From IMG/VR virus record IMGVR_UViG_3300026551_000002: a stretch of 20,000 bases of DNA, one strand, 5' to 3'. The notes beneath the pieces are model-generated. The model did no database searches. It saw only the letters and a program-made list of their open reading frames with translations, and was not told where the DNA came from. The position numbers were made by a program, and so were the translations under genes. Positions 15,042 to 20,000 of the stretch are shown piece after piece. Each line of letters opens with the position of its first letter. Positions within the stretch are counted from its first letter, which is position 1. The stretch is from an uncultured virus (IMG/VR IMGVR_UViG_3300026551_000002) (taxonomy: Duplodnaviria > Heunggongvirae > Uroviricota > Caudoviricetes).

Positions 15042-16766
15042 ATGAAACCCATGGCAGAAGAAGATAATTTGGTAGATTACAGCATATTAGCACATGATTA
15101 TATTTACGAATACCTCTTCAAAGCAAAAGTTATGGAGAATGGGCATCGACCTCCAACATTTGGAGAGTACGAATCTGCCATTAAACAATACGAAGGACAC
15201 ATAACAGAAAAACATGCTCCCGCTAAAAGAATGATTGAAAACATTAAAGCTGACATACGATTGGCTGACCTCATAGACGATGAAGATGAAAAGCCTGAAA
15301 CATGTCCTGAACTGCCAGAACATATTCGCATACCACAACACATTAAAGATGCATTTGCTCAAAGTGATACCTATCGCCTTATGCTATCCTATATCGATTT
15401 TAGTCGTAAAAGTTCACCACGCGGCTATAAAGATTATCATCCATTTTGCTTTCTCTGGTTACTCTCAACAATTGCAGCACGCCGTATCTATTTTCAGTTT
15501 GGACGCAAGAAAGTTTACACCAACTTACGTATAGCACTCTGCGGAGGATCAACCGGAGTCAAAAAATCGTTTACTGCTGAAGTTGCTATCTCACTCCTGC
15601 GAGAAGAACTAGGACTCTCCTATTTACTTATTGAAACAGAAGACATGACCCCTGAAGCTCTTATTATGAAAATGGTTGGTAAACGTGCAATTCCAGATGA
15701 TTATAAAGGATCATCAGATGAGCGAACAGATAAAATAAAAGAGCGTCTTGCATGGTCTGCTCAAAAATCCATGTATTGGGACGAGTTTGGTATGTTCTTA
15801 CGTAAAATATCAAAGGAAACAGGTTCATACACAGGATGGATAGATATCCTGCTCAAAGTAGAGGAATGTAAACCGATTACTAAAAGTACTGCTGGAAGGG
15901 GTGATGAAATTGTTGAGAAACCTTACTTACCATTCCTGGGAAATATAGTAGCTGCTTCAGTTGCCAAGATCACAAAGAAAGAAAGTGACTTACAAGTCAA
16001 TGGACTCATGCCAAGACAAATAACTATCTGCACGCCAGATGGTGAAAAGAGCGATGATCGAACAAAAGTAGCATACTTTCCAGGGCCTCCAGAACTTGTT
16101 GCATCACTTCTCCAGTGGCATGATACATTAGGTCAACCAATAGCTGATATCATTGACGAAAATGAAAACACTCAATCACCTGACTCAAAAAAACCATACA
16201 TATCTAATTGGACTGGAGTACTTATAGAAGAGTTACCAGAACATCAATGTAAATGGACTGAGCAAGCCGAGACAAGGTGGTATGAATACGGCTATGCTCT
16301 GGAAGAACTAGCAAGCATCAAAGGCTTCCCAGAGGACCTAGCAACACAGTACAGTGGACGACTAACCACCATCACACTCCGAATAGCTATGCTCTTTGCC
16401 AGCATCGATAATCGATATGGGAGACCAGAAGACACGATTATCACTGACCTCCATATGGCAATAGCACAAGAGCTTACTGAGATAGCACGTCAAGGCTCTC
16501 ACCGCTTCTATGAACAAGTTAATGGATTTAAGACACTCCAGTCAAAAATGGAAAGTGAAATAGTCGCACTTCTCAAAACAGTTGCATCAAAAGCAAAAAC
16601 AGAAGCAAAGGCATGGATAACCGTTGCTCAAATACGTAGTCGCTTAAACGAAAAGTACGGAACAGATGAAATCAAGAAAGCTCTCAAGCCACTGGAGGGA
16701 ACTGTAGTTGATTATCAAACAATCAATCGACCTAAATCAAAGGGAGCATACCGGATAAGAACATAA
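15042..16766 (+). CDS. DUF3987/YfjI-like P-loop ATPase (putative replicative helicase/origin-binding protein)
   Basis: NLRIALCGGSTGVKKS Walker A-like, MTPEAL, YWDEF Walker B, NGLMPR, LRIAMLF; probable C-terminal winged helix. Confidence 0.75.
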   Translation: MKPMAEEDNLVDYSILAHDYIYEYLFKAKVMENGHRPPTFGEYESAIKQYEGHITEKHAPAKRMIENIKADIRLADLIDDEDEKPETCPELPEHIRIPQHIKDAFAQSDTYRLMLSYIDFSRKSSPRGYKDYHPFCFLWLLSTIAARRIYFQFGRKKVYTNLRIALCGGSTGVKKSFTAEVAISLLREELGLSYLLIETEDMTPEALIMKMVGKRAIPDDYKGSSDERTDKIKERLAWSAQKSMYWDEFGMFLRKISKETGSYTGWIDILLKVEECKPITKSTAGRGDEIVEKPYLPFLGNIVAASVAKITKKESDLQVNGLMPRQITICTPDGEKSDDRTKVAYFPGPPELVASLLQWHDTLGQPIADIIDENENTQSPDSKKPYISNWTGVLIEELPEHQCKWTEQAETRWYEYGYALEELASIKGFPEDLATQYSGRLTTITLRIAMLFASIDNRYGRPEDTIITDLHMAIAQELTEIARQGSHRFYEQVNGFKTLQSKMESEIVALLKTVASKAKTEAKAWITVAQIRSRLNEKYGTDEIKKALKPLEGTVVDYQTINRPKSKGAYRIRT

Positions 16767-16783
16767 GTAAAAAGCATTCAACC

Positions 16784-16812
16784 AAGGGGAGGAAACGTTT
16801 CCTCCCCTTTTT
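16784..16812 (+). terminator. intrinsic terminator
   Basis: Perfect palindrome AAGGGGAGGAAAC|GTTTCCTCCCCTT followed by Ts. Confidence 0.75.
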
Positions 16813-16823
16813 ATTTACTTATG

Positions 16824-17301
16824 ATAAGTAGCATGCATCGGCTTGTCAAGCCACTTTAGACATAACCATAAGTAGAATAAGTAAAGTACTTATGCTTCCA
16901 CTTACAGCATGAAACGGCTCACAGAGCCAATCTATAGACAAACATAAGTAGATAAGTAAGATTCCTAACAAAGACAGAAAAATATTTGAAAAGAATTCCC
17001 CATGCAAGGGGTTAGGTTATCTAGACAACATTATTATTTATGGAATTATAATATACTATATATAGTATATTATATAAATAGTAGAATTAAAAGATGGTGA
17101 ATCGTACGCGCGAGTCTTGTCCTGACAAGTTATATTATTCTGAATTTGTATTTTTGTTACGAATCCTACTTATCTACTTATGTTATGCCTTAGATTGGCT
17201 TTTGAAGCGGGTTTGAGGCATAAGTGATACCATAAGTAGTTTACTTACTTTACTTACGGTATGTTGTGAAGTGGCTCTGCAAGCCGTCTTATGTTACTTA
17301 T
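16824..17301. other. putative bidirectional replication origin (long imperfect inverted repeat with iterons)
   Basis: Symmetric arms centred ~17062, 14 TAAGTA/TACTTA hexamers in 16764-17300, perfect 28-bp AT palindrome at 17047-17074, apparent strand-skew switch. Confidence 0.75.
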
Positions 17302-17389
17302 GATACTACCCTACCATCTTGCATGGGGAGAGAGCAGTTTCAAAACTGCTCTATACTGTTCTATCACTTGCAACGCATGTTTTGAATGT

Positions 17390-17438
17390 GTTATCGTAGC
17401 TCAGTGGGTAGAGCATTGGTCTCCGGAACCGTGGGCGC
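17390..17438 (+). pseudogene. 5' part of tRNA-Arg(CCG), degenerate and lacking a T-arm
   Basis: GTTATCG TA GCTC AGTGGGTA GAGC A TTGGT CTCCGGA ACCG: D-arm and anticodon loop present. Confidence 0.8.
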
Positions 17439-17520
17439 AACCTACTAAATTGGTGCTACACAACCAAATGGTAGAGTCAGGCAACCGGATGTCTAAGATT
17501 TCAGGACTATTTTGAGCTTA

Positions 17521-17563
17521 GTGTTCCCGACTGGAATCGAACCAGCGCACCCGGTTCCGGAGA
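17521..17563 (-). mobile_element. attP-like site: 3' half of tRNA-Arg(CCG)
   Basis: Minus strand reads TCTCCGGA ACCGG GTGC GCTGG TTCGATT CCAGT CGGGAAC AC; directly upstream of the integrase; flanked by TTGAGCTTAGT direct repeats. Confidence 0.8.
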
Positions 17564-17646
17564 TGTTGAGCTTAGTAAACCCTCTTCACAAGCCACTCTA
17601 TCCCCCTTGCAAGGTGATATGCAATCAAATAAACGTAGGGATGTAA

Positions 17647-18678
17647 ATGAAGATTAAAAAGCGTAGTGAGTCAGAAGATGTATTTGTTCAGGAAGTTACA
17701 CAAGAATATCTCTCATCTCCTCATGTCAGAAAGTTAAGTCCTCGTACTCAGGAGGAATATCAGCAGGAGCTTGGAGTCTTTTCAGATTGGTGCTCATGCC
17801 GTCAAATTTGCAATGAGAAGGGCAAGAGAGAGGTTATAGCTGGTGAAGGTCTTATGCTTCATCAAATTGATCAGCATGCCGTTCAGTTCTTTCTTGAGCA
17901 TCTACAGGTTACCCACAAGCCGACAAAGAAAAGTGAGCTTTCAACTTATACACTGGCAGGCTATGTTCGTGTGATTAAATCCTTTCTGAATTGGTGCCTG
18001 CAGGATGAGCAGTATGGATGTTGCACAAGCTCTGTTGTTATCCAGCGAATTGAAAATCCTAAAGTGATAGAGGTTATCATTGAAACTTTCTCTCCTGAGC
18101 AGATCCAAGCATTGTTTAAAGCGTGTGACAAAGAAGAAAGTGAACATCTCCAGATGAGAGATAAAGCTATCCTGGCTGTACTCCTGGATTGTGGACTCCG
18201 AGCAACAGAACTTATCACTCTTACCATAGGCAATATTTCATTAGATACAAAAGATGCATATGTGAGAGTGTTAGGCAAGGGAAACAAATGGGGAGAAGTT
18301 GGATTAGGTGAGCAGTCTAGACGGTATGTGCATAAGTATGTGAGAATGTTTAGAATATCAACTATAGGCAAACAAATACCACTACAGGATGCATTAGTAT
18401 TTGTCAATAGGTATGGTGAACAACTTACAAAATCAGGATTGTGGAGGATAGTTGATCGTCTTGGAGATTGGGCAAAGATAGAAGGTGTACGTTGCTCTCC
18501 ACATACATTTCGTCACACTTACGCGCGTATGTTTATGCAGAATGGAGGTGACATTTATAAGCTGAGTAAACTTCTTCGACACTCATCAGTGTCGGTTACT
18601 GAACAGTATCTAAAATCTCTTCAGCAATCGGAAGCGCGTAAAGGTGCCAAGTCTGTATTGGACAATTTAGGGCAATGA
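17647..18678 (+). CDS. int: tyrosine recombinase/integrase (XerC/D-like)
   Basis: GLRATEL (R), GKGNK (K), HTFRH (HxxR), LRHS (H), TEQY (Y); N-terminal core-binding domain. Confidence 0.95.
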   Translation: MKIKKRSESEDVFVQEVTQEYLSSPHVRKLSPRTQEEYQQELGVFSDWCSCRQICNEKGKREVIAGEGLMLHQIDQHAVQFFLEHLQVTHKPTKKSELSTYTLAGYVRVIKSFLNWCLQDEQYGCCTSSVVIQRIENPKVIEVIIETFSPEQIQALFKACDKEESEHLQMRDKAILAVLLDCGLRATELITLTIGNISLDTKDAYVRVLGKGNKWGEVGLGEQSRRYVHKYVRMFRISTIGKQIPLQDALVFVNRYGEQLTKSGLWRIVDRLGDWAKIEGVRCSPHTFRHTYARMFMQNGGDIYKLSKLLRHSSVSVTEQYLKSLQQSEARKGAKSVLDNLGQ

Positions 18679-18696
18679 TGAGAACTATATGGCAGT

Positions 18697-18725
18697 TTGC
18701 AAAGTGATGGCACATGTGCTATACT
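18697..18725 (+). promoter_or_regulatory. promoter
   Basis: TTGCAA-17 bp-TATACT with TGn. Confidence 0.7.
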
Positions 18726-18756
18726 GATGGAAGATTTTTAGAGAGGGTCTGCTTGA

Positions 18757-18927
18757 ATGTCAGAGAATCCGGCGAATAAGAAAGTAACCATTCGTGTTCC
18801 AATCTCTTTGTATGTAGGAGTGCGAGGAGTGTGCAAAAAAGAGCATATGTCTTTTAGCAAAAAGGTGAAATTGCTTTTAGAGCGTGAAATGATGCAAAAG
18901 GAACATGAGAAAGGTTGGTTGTTGTAA
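18757..18927 (+). CDS. 56-aa ribbon-helix-helix protein
   Basis: KKVTIRVPISLYVGVRGVCKKEHMSFSKKVKLLLERE; manual translation. Confidence 0.7.
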   Translation: MSENPANKKVTIRVPISLYVGVRGVCKKEHMSFSKKVKLLLEREMMQKEHEKGWLL

Positions 18928-19072
18928 GTGTGTCCCTCTGCTCTCCCTTTGCAGAGGGACAAAACCAGACACATGATTGGAGCATGTGCTAGGTTAGCCT
19001 TTATATTAGCATACAAGTGCTTTTATGGCCTATCCTGGCACGATGAAAAGTGAAAGGAATAGGTTTTTTGTT

Positions 19073-20000
19073 ATGAACCGTATCGGTGGAAAGATCATTT
19101 TATGGTTGTTGATTTTATCGTTGATTGTGTTTACAGCCATCAGAACTTTGCATTTCTTGGAGCTAACATTTCCTCCTGATCTTGGATATGTTGCCTATCT
19201 GGGATTGGCAGCATTCGATATTGGCATTCTGGGATGGTTCTACTTTGCTACCCAATCAGCAGAGGGTGCTGGTCAAAGAGCGATAGCATACGGGATGATT
19301 TTTGTTTGCATGACTGGTGTCGTGATTACTACAGTTGCAGATATGGTTATTGTCTCAAGTCAGAATGGGCTTACAAAGTTACCTCCTCAGTGGGGCACTA
19401 TCGGCTTGTGGGGAGTGATCATTGTTATTGTTTTGAATGTGGTGGCAGGCATTGTTGTTCATTTAGCTGCTCCTGAGCATGCTAGGCATTTGGCAATGGA
19501 GAATGCCAGAGATCGTATTCATTCGACAGTTCTTGCTCACATTTCAGCACAGGCTGATACTATTGCGCCGCAAATTGCAGCGCATACCGCGCAACATTGG
19601 GCTAATCAAGTTATTCATGAAATGACTGGAAGTATTCCAGGATCTTACAATGCTCCTGTTTTATCAACTCCTAAAGTAGTTGATGCTGATCCTCCAAAGA
19701 ATGTTCCTGCCATTTCTCATAATCCAGTAGTCAAGGCTGCTTCTCCTGAAGCTGTAGTTGATCCTCACAAAGTGAAACCTCGTGTAGATGCTGAAGCAAA
19801 ATCTCTTGAGAAACCAAAGTCGTTTGGGCAAATGCTCGGAAACGTCCATGCCGGCATCCACAATGCCATTGACAAGCGACTTGATGGCAGTAAATCTGTT
19901 CCAATTGAACGTACTGAGGATGAGTACTCCCCTGAGTTTGAGCAAGCACTTGATAATGAGATTGAAAAACCTGCTCAAGGCAAGAAGACTACGGTTTTTG
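19073..20000 (+). CDS. four-TM membrane protein with Pro/Ala-rich cytoplasmic tail (partial)
   Basis: ATG 19073, open to window end (MNRIGGKIILWLLILSLIVFTAIRTLHFL...AAFDIGILGW...); missed by the ORF track because it has no stop. Confidence 0.8.
   Translation, partial: MNRIGGKIILWLLILSLIVFTAIRTLHFLELTFPPDLGYVAYLGLAAFDIGILGWFYFATQSAEGAGQRAIAYGMIFVCMTGVVITTVADMVIVSSQNGLTKLPPQWGTIGLWGVIIVIVLNVVAGIVVHLAAPEHARHLAMENARDRIHSTVLAHISAQADTIAPQIAAHTAQHWANQVIHEMTGSIPGSYNAPVLSTPKVVDADPPKNVPAISHNPVVKAASPEAVVDPHKVKPRVDAEAKSLEKPKSFGQMLGNVHAGIHNAIDKRLDGSKSVPIERTEDEYSPEFEQALDNEIEKPAQGKKTTVF

Noticed and set aside
16764..17301. CRISPR array
   Set aside because: Repeats are hexamers in inverted symmetry, with no regular repeat-spacer period and no cas genes.
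17390..17470. Intact tRNA gene on + strand
   Set aside because: No T-arm or acceptor 3' strand follows on the same strand.
17291..17515. 74-aa ORF
   Set aside because: No RBS and it overlaps the tRNA half.
17647..18678. Protelomerase acting on the central palindrome
   Set aside because: Size and motifs (HTFRH) fit a XerC/D-like integrase, and a tRNA-type att site is adjacent.
19234..19978. Listed short ORFs near the right end
   Set aside because: All lie within the long open frame starting at 19073.

Overview
An AT-rich, gene-dense early/replication/integration region of a temperate phage or phage-like integrative element. No structural genes are present in this window. The host is possibly Ktedonobacteria (Chloroflexota); this is only a recalled resemblance of the 4345-4533 and 2565-2798 proteins and is unverified. 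Left part (minus strand): PAPS-reductase-like gene, RusA, a lytic transglycosylase preceded by tiny membrane peptides, an excisionase-like HTH and several Zn-ribbon ORFs. Centre: a divergent promoter switch, XRE, Arc and DinD/Bro-N regulators, three free-standing endonucleases (two HNH with 17-aa repeats, one EndoVII) and a DUF4352-like lipoprotein. Right part: a UvrD-like helicase, a DUF3987-like ATPase, a ~480-bp imperfect palindrome that looks like the replication origin, tRNA-Arg(CCG) halves in inverted orientation (attP-like), a tyrosine integrase, an RHH protein and a 4-TM protein. Most notable: (1) the split, inverted tRNA beside the integrase; (2) an HNH cassette that appears to have supplied a recoded replacement 3' end to its neighbour gene; (3) modular 17-aa repeat HNH nucleases; (4) the symmetric origin; (5) a G10-tract frameshift in the PAPS-reductase-like gene.
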